A stretch of DNA of 64,000 bases from an uncultured delta proteobacterium (lineage in GTDB: Bacteria; Desulfobacterota; BSN033; UBA1163), in NCBI GenBank assembly GCA_963708295.1, contig CAVPSJ010000001.1, positions 32,001 through 96,000 on the forward strand. Reading direction: 5' to 3'. The position numbers were made by a program, and so were the translations under genes. Below are positions 9,762 to 19,450 of the stretch, piece by piece (position 1 is the stretch's first letter; every line of letters starts with the position of its first letter). Below the pieces are notes generated by a model. It searched no databases. It was not told the DNA's origin and saw only the letters and a list, made by a program, of their open reading frames with translations.

Positions 9762-10922
9762 ATGAAAAATAGAATTCTCTTTCTTGCACTATTGATCATC
9801 CTCTCAGCATTTCAATTTTCATGGGCTAACGGAGTGCCGGAGACAGAAGAAGATGAAGAATTTTCGCTGAAGTTTCTCGAAACACTGCGTCAAGAGAAAC
9901 CGGACCTATTTAGAATCGGCGATCTCTTGTCGAGAAAGTTCATTTGTGCACAGTATGCTGACGAATTTGGAGACCCAAATTGGGGCAATCGGATTCAATA
10001 TAACTTTGAATATCATTTCTCTTCAGGCTGGTGCATAGCAAAAGTAATTTTATCTGTTCGGAAACAGGAAGAGAGGTTGTTAGAATACAAGATTTATCGT
10101 ACCAGTAAATCTGTAAACAATTATCACTTCGTATTTTCAGGAGACGAGAAAATTACGCAGGGAACTCAGGGTTATCCAGGTAAATATTTTGTGAAAACAT
10201 ACGAAGATGGTGAGGTACGACGAGCAGAGATCCTTGATGAAATAGACACAAATATTGGGACATTGAGGGTTGTAAGAAAAGAATTTAGTTGTAAGGAAGG
10301 TCTTTCTGATGAGTCCGATTTGGTGCTAAATTATAAGGAAATATATGGGTACGGCGGCCGTATAAGGATATATGGAGCTTTTTACTTAGGTAATTCCCCC
10401 CATATCTTAATAGGGGTAAGTTGCAGTGGTACAGGTTGTCGCATTGATGATCTGATTTTATTAATAATAAATGCAAATGGAGAAGTAAAACAAATTGGGA
10501 CGAAGGATTTTTACAGCGAGGACAACTCAATAAAAGCTAACTTGAAGGGAAATGAGATTATAATCAATCTTGGTTTATACAAAGGAAAGGAAAAAACTGC
10601 TGTGTATCGTAATAACGAAATTAAGATTCTTTACAAAAAGCTGCCGTACAAACCATTAACAGAAGAACAATGTACTGATCTATACGAAATTGCAAAGGGG
10701 TGTATAAGGTTACGTGGAATAAGGGGGTTTACCTGCGAAAAACAAGCAGTCAGTTTTTCTGGATCGTCCAATGCAGACAAGTGGAATTTTCGCTACATAA
10801 ACAATGAACCCGGGTTTAAGCAAGAGTTATTCAATGCTGAATGTCTAAATGCGTGCAAAACGGGGGGCTTATCTGAGTACAATGCGTTTGCAGAACGTTT
10901 GTGTGGACGTAAAGCACCATAA
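9762..10922 (+). CDS. Integron cassette 2: secreted Cys-rich hypothetical protein
   Basis: Signal peptide; visibly more AT-rich than host genes; bounded by GTTGGCA and TGCCAAC. Confidence 0.78.
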   Translation: MKNRILFLALLIILSAFQFSWANGVPETEEDEEFSLKFLETLRQEKPDLFRIGDLLSRKFICAQYADEFGDPNWGNRIQYNFEYHFSSGWCIAKVILSVRKQEERLLEYKIYRTSKSVNNYHFVFSGDEKITQGTQGYPGKYFVKTYEDGEVRRAEILDEIDTNIGTLRVVRKEFSCKEGLSDESDLVLNYKEIYGYGGRIRIYGAFYLGNSPHILIGVSCSGTGCRIDDLILLIINANGEVKQIGTKDFYSEDNSIKANLKGNEIIINLGLYKGKEKTAVYRNNEIKILYKKLPYKPLTEEQCTDLYEIAKGCIRLRGIRGFTCEKQAVSFSGSSNADKWNFRYINNEPGFKQELFNAECLNACKTGGLSEYNAFAERLCGRKAP

Positions 10923-11010
10923 TGCCAACAAGTCAATGAAGGCGACGGGTGATAGCCCCGTCGCCTTTTGCGAGGGTGGTTGGCCCCGCGCCTTATTTCC
11001 ATCGTTAACC
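10923..11010 (+). other. attC site 2
   Basis: R'' TGCCAAC-aagtc-aatgaaggcg ... cgccttatt-tccatc-GTTAACC, classic attC layout with internal hairpin aaggcgacggg/cccgtcgcctt. Confidence 0.85.
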
Positions 11011-11027
11011 GGACAGAAAAGTTCGCG

Positions 11028-11456
11028 ATGAAGAGAGATCAATTCAAGTTTTTCTACGGCTTGCGCGTCAGGTATGCAGAAGTGGATAGCCAGGGCATTG
11101 TCTTTAACGCGCATTATCTCACCTATTTTGATACGTCTATTACTGAATATATGAGAAGTATTCATTATGACTATCATGCCCTCGTCTCGGAAAGAGGGCT
11201 CGATTTTCACCTCGTCAAATCAACGGTTGAGTATCTGAAGCCCATTGGTTTTGACGAAATCATTGAGATTGGCGTTACGGCCCACAGAGTCGGGAAATCA
11301 AGCGTGACTTGGGTGCTTGGGATCTTCAAAAGAGGAGAGTCGGATTGCCTGGCAAAAGGAGAGATTGTCTGGGTATGCTCCCGGGTGGGTACGAGCAGGT
11401 CACATCCTTTGCCTGAAGACCTTGTAAAATTGTTGTCTGAGCAGCAAAAGCCCTGA
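11028..11456 (+). CDS. Acyl-CoA thioesterase (YbgC/FadM hotdog family), cassette-like
   Basis: VRYAEVDSQGIVFNAHYLTYFD motif; starts 18 bp after attC2. Confidence 0.85.
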   Translation: MKRDQFKFFYGLRVRYAEVDSQGIVFNAHYLTYFDTSITEYMRSIHYDYHALVSERGLDFHLVKSTVEYLKPIGFDEIIEIGVTAHRVGKSSVTWVLGIFKRGESDCLAKGEIVWVCSRVGTSRSHPLPEDLVKLLSEQQKP

Positions 11457-11477
11457 AGGACTTCCTAACCTGCCAAC

Positions 11478-12203
11478 ATGTCTCAGATTCAACTGATCTT
11501 TGAGAGGCAGTGGCTTCATGCGTCGCTGCTCGCTACCTTTCTCGTTGGACTGGCGTGGGTCGGACGGATCGATGCCGTCCGGGTTGGACAGCTTTGGGGA
11601 GCCAGCACGAAGGGGTGGTTTTGGCTCGCCGTGGCACTGCCCGTAGCGCATCAGGTATGCGTCTGGGTTTGCTGGCGGGGTCAGCTTTATGCATCGTTAC
11701 TCACGCGAATGTTCGGGAGTCGCGGATTTGGCGTGTATGCCGCAGGGTTCGCAATCCTCGGCATCGCGAGGGTGGTTGCCGTTTTCATACTGGCCATATC
11801 CAATCGAGATACGCTCCATGTGGATCTGAAGGTCCTTCGGGTCGCAGCCGTGATCGTGGCGATTCCGGCCGTATACCTCTTCTACTCCGTCAAGCGTTAT
11901 TTCGGCTTCAAGCGTGCCTTCGGCATCGACCATTTCGACAAGTCTTATCGGTCTCTCCCATTTGTCAGGAAGGGGATCTTTGGGTTCACACGGAACGGGA
12001 TGTACGTCTTCGGGTTTTTTCTTCTTTGGGTTCCGGGATTGTGGTTCGCGTCGGCAGCGGCGCTTATCGTAGCCCTCTTCAATCATCTGTATATTTGGGT
12101 CCACTTTTACTCGACAGAACTCCCTGACATGAAGCGCATATACGGAGAAACCCGGGTGACCCCAAGCGGGGAGGCTCGGCTCATCGGCAGAGCAGAGGAT
12201 TGA
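11478..12203 (+). CDS. PEMT/phospholipid methyltransferase-domain membrane protein, cassette-like
   Basis: Multiple TMs; GIDHFD..PFVRKGIFGFTRNGMY; E-P-M--IYG C-terminal motif. Confidence 0.75.
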   Translation: MSQIQLIFERQWLHASLLATFLVGLAWVGRIDAVRVGQLWGASTKGWFWLAVALPVAHQVCVWVCWRGQLYASLLTRMFGSRGFGVYAAGFAILGIARVVAVFILAISNRDTLHVDLKVLRVAAVIVAIPAVYLFYSVKRYFGFKRAFGIDHFDKSYRSLPFVRKGIFGFTRNGMYVFGFFLLWVPGLWFASAAALIVALFNHLYIWVHFYSTELPDMKRIYGETRVTPSGEARLIGRAED

Positions 12204-12229
12204 AATACTTAATGTCTGACAACCGGGTC

Positions 12230-12300
12230 GTGTGCCGTGAGAAGTCATTGATTCGCTAACCGGTGCAAGTCCGGTCATGGTAACTGCCAGGGGGCCATAA
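12230..12300 (+). ncRNA. Group II intron 5'-end fragment (domain I start)
   Basis: Begins GTGTGCCGTGAGAAG (GUGYG) and has the accGGTGCAAGTCCggt GNRA hairpin; no RT ORF follows. Confidence 0.55.
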
Positions 12301-12346
12301 CGTCTCCCCATCCCCCTACCTCCCCATCTCCTTAATCAATTCGAGA

Positions 12347-13128
12347 TCAGTGCGTGTGAGCGAACAGGCGAGGGCGTTGAGTTGTTTCAGGTCGCTCCTC
12401 GGGTTTGATGTCTCCCCGGATACCGATCTTTACTTTCTTTAGAGGGATATTCTTACCTGAGGCTGCAATTGCATCCTCCGTGGCCTTGACCAAGCCAAAG
12501 CAGCAGGGGACTTCCATATAGGGAAGCGTAATGCTTTTGATGGAATTTGTCTTGAAGATCTCGGTCAATTTTTCCTTGTAGTACTGAACATCATCCAGCT
12601 TTGGACAGCCCACCACCACGGCTTTCCCTTTCATAAAATCTCGATGGAAATCGGGATACGCAAATGGGACGCAATCCGCGGCGATCAGAAGGTCTGCATC
12701 CTGAAAATAGGGAGCATTGACCGGAACTAACTTCAACTGGACAGGCCAATGAGAGAGCTGGGAGACAGCGGGCGTCACAGAGGCGGATTCAGATTCGGCC
12801 TCTGGAACCTTAAATTGTATTGCCCTCGAAGAAGGACATCCGGTGAAAACAGGTCAGGTTGGGGTTGGTAGGTTCAGCTTCCTGTTCTCTTATGAAGATG
12901 AACCTCGACAGCTTTTTCGTCGAATTCTTCAGCCTCTCTTTCAATGACGGTAATGGCATCTTCCGGACAATGACCAAGACAGGCGCCCAGGCCATCGCAG
13001 AACTTCTCGCTCATCAATTTTGCTTTTCCATCGACGATCTGAAGGGCTCCTTCAGCGCAGTTGGGAATGCAGAGACCACAACCATTACATTTCTCCTCAT
13101 CAATCTTCACAATCTTTCTCGTTGCCAT
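12347..13128 (-). CDS. 2x[4Fe-4S] ferredoxin-domain protein (FrdX-like), split by indels in the linker
   Basis: CNGCGLCIPNC / CDGLGACLGHCP, GCPSSR, WPVQL, AADC, GCPKLD, MEVPCC; frames break at ~12850-12890. Confidence 0.85.
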
Positions 13129-13186
13129 GGTTTTACCTCCTGTCGTTATTTTAATTATAAAATAACTCGCTCTTAAACCTTTTTCC

Positions 13187-13200
13187 TTGATCTAAGTCAA
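13187..13200 (-). promoter_or_regulatory. FNR/HcpR-type palindrome TTGACTTAGATCAA
   Basis: 13/14 identical to the box at 60248-60261. Confidence 0.7.
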
Positions 13201-13320
13201 AAGGAGGAAAAAATTTATAACCTTTTGAAATTATGTGAGATTGTCTGTGTCGAAAGGAGTCTGGGATTGAGTAATCTTAGATTTGAACGCATATCTGATT
13301 CACGCCTTAGGAATTAATGC

Positions 13321-13349
13321 TTGACATCATGACATCATGATGTTAAATT
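13321..13349 (+). promoter_or_regulatory. TA promoter TTGACA-N17-TAAATT overlapping operator repeats
   Basis: tgacatca direct repeat and acatcatgatgt palindrome between -35 and -10. Confidence 0.65.
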
Positions 13350-13381
13350 TAGAAGCAAAGTAGAGACAGGAGGCTTTTATC

Positions 13382-13633
13382 ATGAAAAGAGCTCAAATTC
13401 AAATAGATGAAGAAGTGTATGAACTGCTAAGAAATCGGGCTTTCAAGGAGAAGAAATCGATTGCAGGGGTGATTCGCGAGATTGTAAAAAAAGATATTTC
13501 CCAATCTGATCGCCATCCATCTTCTTCGATTAAGGATTTTACGTTTATTGGCACGGGTCGTTCAAAGCAGCGTCCTCTTAAACCGGTATCAGAACGTCAC
13601 GACGAAGCTCTTGAGGAGGTCTTTAACAAGTGA
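13382..13633 (+). CDS. RHH/CopG-type antitoxin (VapB-like)
   Basis: MKRAQIQID..SIAGVIRE RHH pattern; overlaps the PIN gene. Confidence 0.8.
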   Translation: MKRAQIQIDEEVYELLRNRAFKEKKSIAGVIREIVKKDISQSDRHPSSSIKDFTFIGTGRSKQRPLKPVSERHDEALEEVFNK

Positions 13634-14019
13634 TCTTTTTGGACACCTCGGCGATTTATGCATTAGCTGATAAGGCAGATACTAACCACATGACTGCGTA
13701 CGATAAATTCGAAGTCGCCTTGAGGTCTGGAGAGACCTTTCTCGTGCATAACTATATCTTGCTGGAGAGTGCTGCTCTCTTACAGGCAAGGTTGGGACTT
13801 CCCTCGGCCATTCTATTCCTAAAGGATGCCAAATCGTTTGAGGTGGAATGGGTTGATCTGGACTTGCACGAAGAGGCAGCAAAAGAACTCGAAAGGATTG
13901 GGAAGAGGGCGATCAGTTTAGTGGATTGCACGAGTTTTCTCGTAATGAGACGAAAAGGTGTTCAAGAGGTCTTGGCCTTTGATCCAGATTTTCATGATCA
14001 AGGATTTACGATTTATTGA
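13630..14019 (+). CDS. vapC: PIN-domain toxin (VapC-like)
   Basis: FLDTSA, E, SLVDCTSF, AFDPDF acidic tetrad. Confidence 0.9.
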   Translation: MIFLDTSAIYALADKADTNHMTAYDKFEVALRSGETFLVHNYILLESAALLQARLGLPSAILFLKDAKSFEVEWVDLDLHEEAAKELERIGKRAISLVDCTSFLVMRRKGVQEVLAFDPDFHDQGFTIY

Positions 14020-14366
14020 TTTAGTCATTTCCTATCTCTTTAATTCTATATCGTCCCTCCAACGGAACCTCATGGGTCCCTACTGTACTCCTGAAGACGA
14101 TTTTTCTTTGCCCTCATCTAGGCCCCCTTATCACGTTGAGGGTGGCATATTCTCTTGAATGAAGAGGTTCGATGGCGGTCACCTTATAAGTTGGGGGATG
14201 ATCCTCCTCGGCGTTTACCTGGCTACACGAAAAGGTTGATTTCACTCTATCCAATTTCCTCCCGTCAGAGAGGAGGTTTCAAGTGAGATAAAAATCTTGA
14301 CATCTAAATTGATTAATGATATCAAATGCCGCTGTAAAGACCGTTTTGAAAAGGAGGGCAACGATC

Positions 14367-14573
14367 TTGGCAGCAAAAGGTGTTGTGAAGTGGTTTGACA
14401 CAAAGAAGGGATATGGGTTCATCGAGCAAACCGGCGGAGACGATGTGTTTGTCCACTTTTCAGGGATTGCGGGGGATGGGTTTAAATCTCTTCGTGCAGG
14501 AGAGGAGGTAGAGTTCGAGGTTGCCAGCGGCCCGAAAGGGCCCCAGGCGACCCATGTCATCAAGGCGACATAA
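14367..14573 (+). CDS. Cold-shock protein
   Basis: [21 protein letters not shown]; TTG start after aaggagg. Confidence 0.92.
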   Translation: MAAKGVVKWFDTKKGYGFIEQTGGDDVFVHFSGIAGDGFKSLRAGEEVEFEVASGPKGPQATHVIKAT

Positions 14574-14873
14574 AGCGCAAAGCGCAGAGAGCATAGCGCC
14601 TGCCTACAGCAGGCAGGCATAGTCTAGAATTCAAAGCGTGAATCCAAGTATTCTTAGTCATCAGGTTTAGGTGATTAAGTCATTGGATGTTTTAACGACA
14701 CGGTTGTGTTCTCCTATTTCTGCTTCTCAATGACCTCCCTTCGGGTTTCCTCAAAGCTTCTGCGACGATCGGGGTAAGAAGACCTTCGACCGGAATCCCA
14801 TTCTTTTCCGACTACAAAAAGCAGTCCATCTCCACTTCCAAGAGGTACAAAATGTATTCAATGCCGTTTCCTT

Positions 14874-15016
14874 GTCATTGCGAGCGATCCCGCCTTCACG
14901 TGAGACCGTGGCAATCCCGCTTCACAAATACGAGATTGCGGAGCCTGTTCCGAACAAAGTGAGGAATCTCCGGGTTTGTCATGGCTTCGCCTCGCAACCA
15001 TTTCATTTCTCGCAAG
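14874..15016. repeat. GTCATTGCGAG-family palindromic element (degenerate)
   Basis: gtcattgcgag...gtggcaatc...gagattgc...ctcgcaa, same layout as 7270-7345. Confidence 0.55.
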
Positions 15017-15165
15017 GATAGTTTATTTATCAGGTTTGTATGGGTTCACGAAATGAGAGAGATCATCAAGATGAGAATTGGGGCCCATGGTGATTCCGTC
15101 ATCTGTCTAGGGTTGACATTAGGAAGGCTGGTTCATTAAATTTGAGGGTAGGAAAGTAAGAGAGA

Positions 15166-16926
15166 ATGAGGGCGTTCAAAACTCTTCAAAATGATTTTAT
15201 TGAGAACCGATGGCGGGTTTCGATTGGGCTCATCGCTCTCCTTATCGTTGATGTCCTTCAGCTCTTCATCCCGCGGGTCGTCAAATACGCAATCGATGAC
15301 CTCACCCTGGGTACCGTTTCTCATTCTCGCCTTCTGGTCTATGGATTGGAAGTCCTTCTCCTGGCCGTGGGTATCGGAACTCTTCGATATGTTTGGAGGT
15401 ACTTTCTTCTGGGCGCGGCGCGGCGGATCGAAAAGGCGCTCAGGGACCGCCTCTTTATTCACCTTCAAACCCTCTCCCTTTCCTATTTCTCCCGCACCCG
15501 AGTAGGAGACCTGATGGCTCATGCCACCAACGATATCGAGGCCGTTCGGATGGCCATGTCGATGGGAGTCGTGTTCTTAGTGGATACGATCATCCTTGGA
15601 ATCCTGACGATTTGTTTTATGGTTTATATCCACCCCAAATTGACGCTTTTCGCCATTCTTCCCATGCCCTTGATTACGCTGATCACCCTTCTCTTCAGCC
15701 GAACGGTCCACCACCGGTTTGAAATGGTTCAGAAGGCCTTCGCCTCACTGACCGAAAGGGTGAGGGAGGCCGTTGCGGGTATCCGGGTGATCAAAGCCTA
15801 TGTTTTGGAGGAGAGGGAAGAGAAGAAGGTCTCTCAACTGAGCCGGGATTATATTCAAAGGAATTTGAATATCGTCAAAGTATGGGGAATGTATTTTCCC
15901 GTCATCCTTTTTCTCTCCAATCTCTCCATGGCGATCGTCCTCTATTGGGGCGGAAAGTTGACAGTCCTTGAATCGATCTCACCGGGAGATTTCGTGGCTT
16001 TTATGAGCTATCTGGGGCTGCTTACGTGGCCCATGATGGCCTTGGGCTGGGCAGTCAATATGATCCAACGGGGCGCCGCTTCCATGGACCGTCTCAACCG
16101 GATCTTTGGAGAAACCCCGGAAATCCTCGACGTTCCCGCACGGGGGCAGCGGGCATTGAAGGGAAGAATTGACATAGAGGATCTCACCTTTTCCGCCGGG
16201 AATGGAGAGAAGCCCCTGCTCAGAAACATTACCCTCAACATCGACGAGGGGGAGAGGGTCGTTATCGTTGGCAGGACGGGATCCGGAAAGACCATCCTCT
16301 GCAATCTGGTGGCAAGAATTTTGGAATCTCCCAAAGGTCATCTGTTTTTCGATGGGGTTGAAATTCATGACATCTCCCTGGAAGTGTTGAGGAAATCGAT
16401 TGGATATGTGCCGCAGGACACCTTCCTCTTCTCAAATCCCATCCGGGAGAACATCGCCTTTGGGAGAATGGACGCCACGGAGAAAGAGATTGAAGAGGCG
16501 GCGCGGCTTGCACAAATTTACGATGAAATCATGGATTTTCCAGAAGGGATGAATACCGTGATCGGAGAAAGAGGGATCACTTTATCCGGGGGGCAGCGGC
16601 AGAGGATCGCGATTGCCCGTGCGATTCTCATGGATCCACCCATCTTCATCCTGGATGATGCCCTCTCCTCAATGGATATTCAGACGGAAGAACGGGTTCT
16701 CGAGGGATTGGAGAAGTATCTTCGGGGGAAGACGAGCATCCTGATCACCCACCGAATCGCCCCCCTTCGGAGAGCAGATCGGATCGTCGTTCTGGACGAC
16801 GGACAGGTGGCGGAGGTAGGGGACCACAAGAGCCTTCTCGCCAGAGGCGGAATTTATACCGACCTCTATTGGCAGAGCCAATTGGAGGAAGAACTGGAAA
16901 GAAATCATACCGGAATGGTGGAATGA
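15166..16926 (+). CDS. ABC exporter, fused TMD+NBD (MdlA/YheI-like)
   Basis: GRTGSGKT, LSGGQRQR, ILDDA (degenerate Walker B of heterodimeric exporters). Confidence 0.92.
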   Translation: MRAFKTLQNDFIENRWRVSIGLIALLIVDVLQLFIPRVVKYAIDDLTLGTVSHSRLLVYGLEVLLLAVGIGTLRYVWRYFLLGAARRIEKALRDRLFIHLQTLSLSYFSRTRVGDLMAHATNDIEAVRMAMSMGVVFLVDTIILGILTICFMVYIHPKLTLFAILPMPLITLITLLFSRTVHHRFEMVQKAFASLTERVREAVAGIRVIKAYVLEEREEKKVSQLSRDYIQRNLNIVKVWGMYFPVILFLSNLSMAIVLYWGGKLTVLESISPGDFVAFMSYLGLLTWPMMALGWAVNMIQRGAASMDRLNRIFGETPEILDVPARGQRALKGRIDIEDLTFSAGNGEKPLLRNITLNIDEGERVVIVGRTGSGKTILCNLVARILESPKGHLFFDGVEIHDISLEVLRKSIGYVPQDTFLFSNPIRENIAFGRMDATEKEIEEAARLAQIYDEIMDFPEGMNTVIGERGITLSGGQRQRIAIARAILMDPPIFILDDALSSMDIQTEERVLEGLEKYLRGKTSILITHRIAPLRRADRIVVLDDGQVAEVGDHKSLLARGGIYTDLYWQSQLEEELERNHTGMVE

Positions 16927-16947
16927 TGGAATAGTGGAGTGATGGAT

Positions 16948-17107
16948 AAATTCTAAAATCCGAAGCACGAAATCCGAAACAAGCACGAATGTTGAAAATT
17001 CCGAATGACCTAAACGAGAAAGTTCCTAATTTTAAGCTTTGGATTTAGGATTTGTTTCGAGTTGGTCCGAAACGGACGCTTCGCCCGATATTCGGATTTC
17101 GGATTTA
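16948..17107. repeat. Heptamer-arm inverted repeat element (NNNCGAA) with small insert
   Basis: aaatccgaagcacgaaatccgaaacaagcacgaatgtt is near-identical to 5797; insert ggtccgaaacggacgcttcgcc. Confidence 0.8.
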
Positions 17108-17175
17108 GCAATGTCATGAATAACGAGTGCCATGTTAAAGGTCATTTAAATCCGGCGGATAGTTTGAGCTGAACG

Positions 17176-19308
17176 ATGCACGCTGATTTCGGCTACATGG
17201 AAGAAGGCAAACTGGGGAAGCCCTACGACCTGAAGCTGATGGCCAGGCTGGGGGGATTTCTAAGGCCTTATTGGAAATTGATGGCTCTTTCCCTCCTTTT
17301 CGTTTTGATGATGGCGGGTTTAGACCTCATCATTCCCTATCTCACGAAAGAAGCGATCGATCGATACATCGTCGTGGCGGCGAGGGAAGTCGTCTTGAAA
17401 GGAGATAGCTCGGAGGAGGAGCGTCGCTTCTGGGATCAGTATGGTCAGAAGTTCATTCCAGAAAAAGAAAAAGGGAAATTTCTTCTCCCGCCAGAAGCAT
17501 TGCGATCCATGGACAGAAAAGAGATAACTCTTTTCCAGAAATATGGCCTTCTCACGGAAAATCGATACTACCTGTTCATCCCCCAAGGACCGGAACAGGA
17601 AGATCTCTTAAAAAGACACCCCTCTCTTTTCGAGAACAGCGGTTCCCACTGGTTCATTTCTTTCGACCGGATGAGAGAGTTGAGTCGAGAGGAGCTTCTT
17701 GTCCTCAGAGGGAGAGACGTGGAAGGTGTGTTCCATATTGCCCTCTTCGTGGTATTCATCCTCATCATGAATTTTGTAATGAGTTTCGCCCAGGTCTACG
17801 CGATGGAGTTCGCAGGTCAAAGAATGATGCATGATCTCAGGATGAGGGTTTTTTCCCATCTCCAGGGCCTCCCGATCGCTTTTTTCGATAGAAATCCGGT
17901 AGGAAGATTGGTGACCCGGTTGACGAATGACATCCAGAACGTCCATGAGATGTTTACTTCTGTCCTCATTAATCTTTTGAAAGATGTCCTACTGGTATTC
18001 GGGATCATCTTCCTTCTGCTTCACCTCAACCGGCAGCTCGCGCTGGTCTCGTTTTCTGTCATTCCGCTGATCTTTGTCACCGCGGTCTTCTTCAGCCGTC
18101 GTGCCAGAGATGTGTTTCGAGAGATCCGTTTGAGGATTGCCCAAATGAATTCTTTCTTCAATGAAAATTTCTCGGGCATCGGAGTGGTTCAGCTCTTTCG
18201 AAGGGAGAAAGAGAACAGCCGGCGATTCGAGCAGGTCAACGATAAGTATTACTCGGCAAACATGAAACAGATCTCCATTTATGCCTTCTTTGTCCCTCTG
18301 GTCGAAATCCTGAGCTCTGGAACGATCGGCCTTCTTTTATGGTACGGAGGGGGAAAGGTGATTCAAGAGGTCATGTCGCTTGGAGTCTTGGTCGCGTTCC
18401 TTTCCTATATACGGATGTTCTTTCAGCCTATCCGGGACCTTTCCGAAAAATATAATATCCTGCAATCGGCGATGGCCTCCCTCGAGAGGATCTTCTCATT
18501 ACTCGACGAAAAACAGAAGATTTTGAAGTCGGTGCGATTCGAGACCGGATCTTTTCCGCCCGGAAAAGAAGAGATTAAGGGGAACGTTGAATTTCGGCAT
18601 GTCTCCTTCTCCTATAATGGGAAGGATAGGGTCCTCAAGGATGTTTCTTTCTCAGTGGGTGAGGGCGAAACCGTGGCGATTGTCGGCGCCACGGGAGCTG
18701 GGAAAACCTCGCTACTTCACTTACTCGAGCGATTTTACGAAGTTGAAAACGGGAGCATCCTGGTCGACGGGATTGATATCCGAGAGAGGGATATCACCCG
18801 GCTCCGGTCGCAGATCGGGCTGGTGATGCAAGACACCTTTCTCTTTGCGGGGGATATCGGGGAGAATATTCGATTGGGAGATGGGAAGATCGACGAAAGA
18901 AAGGTGAGGGAGGTGTCGCGGGTGGTTAACGCGGAAAAGTTTATCCTGCGGCTCCCCGAGGGATTCGGCACAAAGACAGGGGAAGGGGGGCAGGCGCTAT
19001 CTGCGGGGGAGAAGCAGTTATTGGCCTTTGCAAGGGCTTTATCCATCAATCCGAAGATCCTGGTTCTCGACGAGGCGACCTCGCACGTCGATCCTGAAAC
19101 GGAACGGTTTATCCAAGAAGGACTGGCGCGATTACTCAAAGGAAGAACGGCGATTGTCATTGCTCACCGGTTGTCCACGATCCAGCATGCCGATCGGATC
19201 GTTGTGCTCCATAAAGGGAGGGTTCGGGAAATCGGTACCCATACAGAATTAATGGCCCAGAATGGCATTTATTTCAGGCTTTATCAACTTCAATACGGCT
19301 CGCCATGA
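17176..19308 (+). CDS. ABC exporter, fused TMD+NBD (MdlB/YheH-like) with enlarged first extracytoplasmic loop
   Basis: GATGAGKT, LSAGEKQ, LDEATS, AHRLST. Confidence 0.92.
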   Translation: MHADFGYMEEGKLGKPYDLKLMARLGGFLRPYWKLMALSLLFVLMMAGLDLIIPYLTKEAIDRYIVVAAREVVLKGDSSEEERRFWDQYGQKFIPEKEKGKFLLPPEALRSMDRKEITLFQKYGLLTENRYYLFIPQGPEQEDLLKRHPSLFENSGSHWFISFDRMRELSREELLVLRGRDVEGVFHIALFVVFILIMNFVMSFAQVYAMEFAGQRMMHDLRMRVFSHLQGLPIAFFDRNPVGRLVTRLTNDIQNVHEMFTSVLINLLKDVLLVFGIIFLLLHLNRQLALVSFSVIPLIFVTAVFFSRRARDVFREIRLRIAQMNSFFNENFSGIGVVQLFRREKENSRRFEQVNDKYYSANMKQISIYAFFVPLVEILSSGTIGLLLWYGGGKVIQEVMSLGVLVAFLSYIRMFFQPIRDLSEKYNILQSAMASLERIFSLLDEKQKILKSVRFETGSFPPGKEEIKGNVEFRHVSFSYNGKDRVLKDVSFSVGEGETVAIVGATGAGKTSLLHLLERFYEVENGSILVDGIDIRERDITRLRSQIGLVMQDTFLFAGDIGENIRLGDGKIDERKVREVSRVVNAEKFILRLPEGFGTKTGEGGQALSAGEKQLLAFARALSINPKILVLDEATSHVDPETERFIQEGLARLLKGRTAIVIAHRLSTIQHADRIVVLHKGRVREIGTHTELMAQNGIYFRLYQLQYGSP

Positions 19309-19373
19309 GTCCGGTGCGGAGTTCGAAGGAGTTCTATCGAAGTTTCCGATGGTCGGACGAATCACTCCGAACT
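19308..19373. repeat. Short GAGTTCG/CGAACTC heptamer inverted element
   Basis: ggagttcg...actccgaactt; relatives at 24107 and 51596. Confidence 0.5.
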
Positions 19374-19450
19374 TATCAATCTTAATCGAAAATCAGGATT
19401 GTTGAGGGTTGACAAAAGGGGATCGCTGTCCTATATAGGAAAGAGGTTCT

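Noticed and set aside
12255-12300. Cobalamin riboswitch (GGTGCAA-TCC motif)
   Set aside because: Lacks the upstream GGGAA and downstream GCCACTG elements and has no downstream co-oriented gene; the GTGTG start fits a group II intron better
12850-12890. Selenocysteine read-through at TGA in the ferredoxin-like gene
   Set aside because: The downstream domain is in a different frame and the TGA is not at a Cys position; indels explain it
14020-14280. Possible gene remnant downstream of vapC
   Set aside because: Only short frames without recognisable motifs
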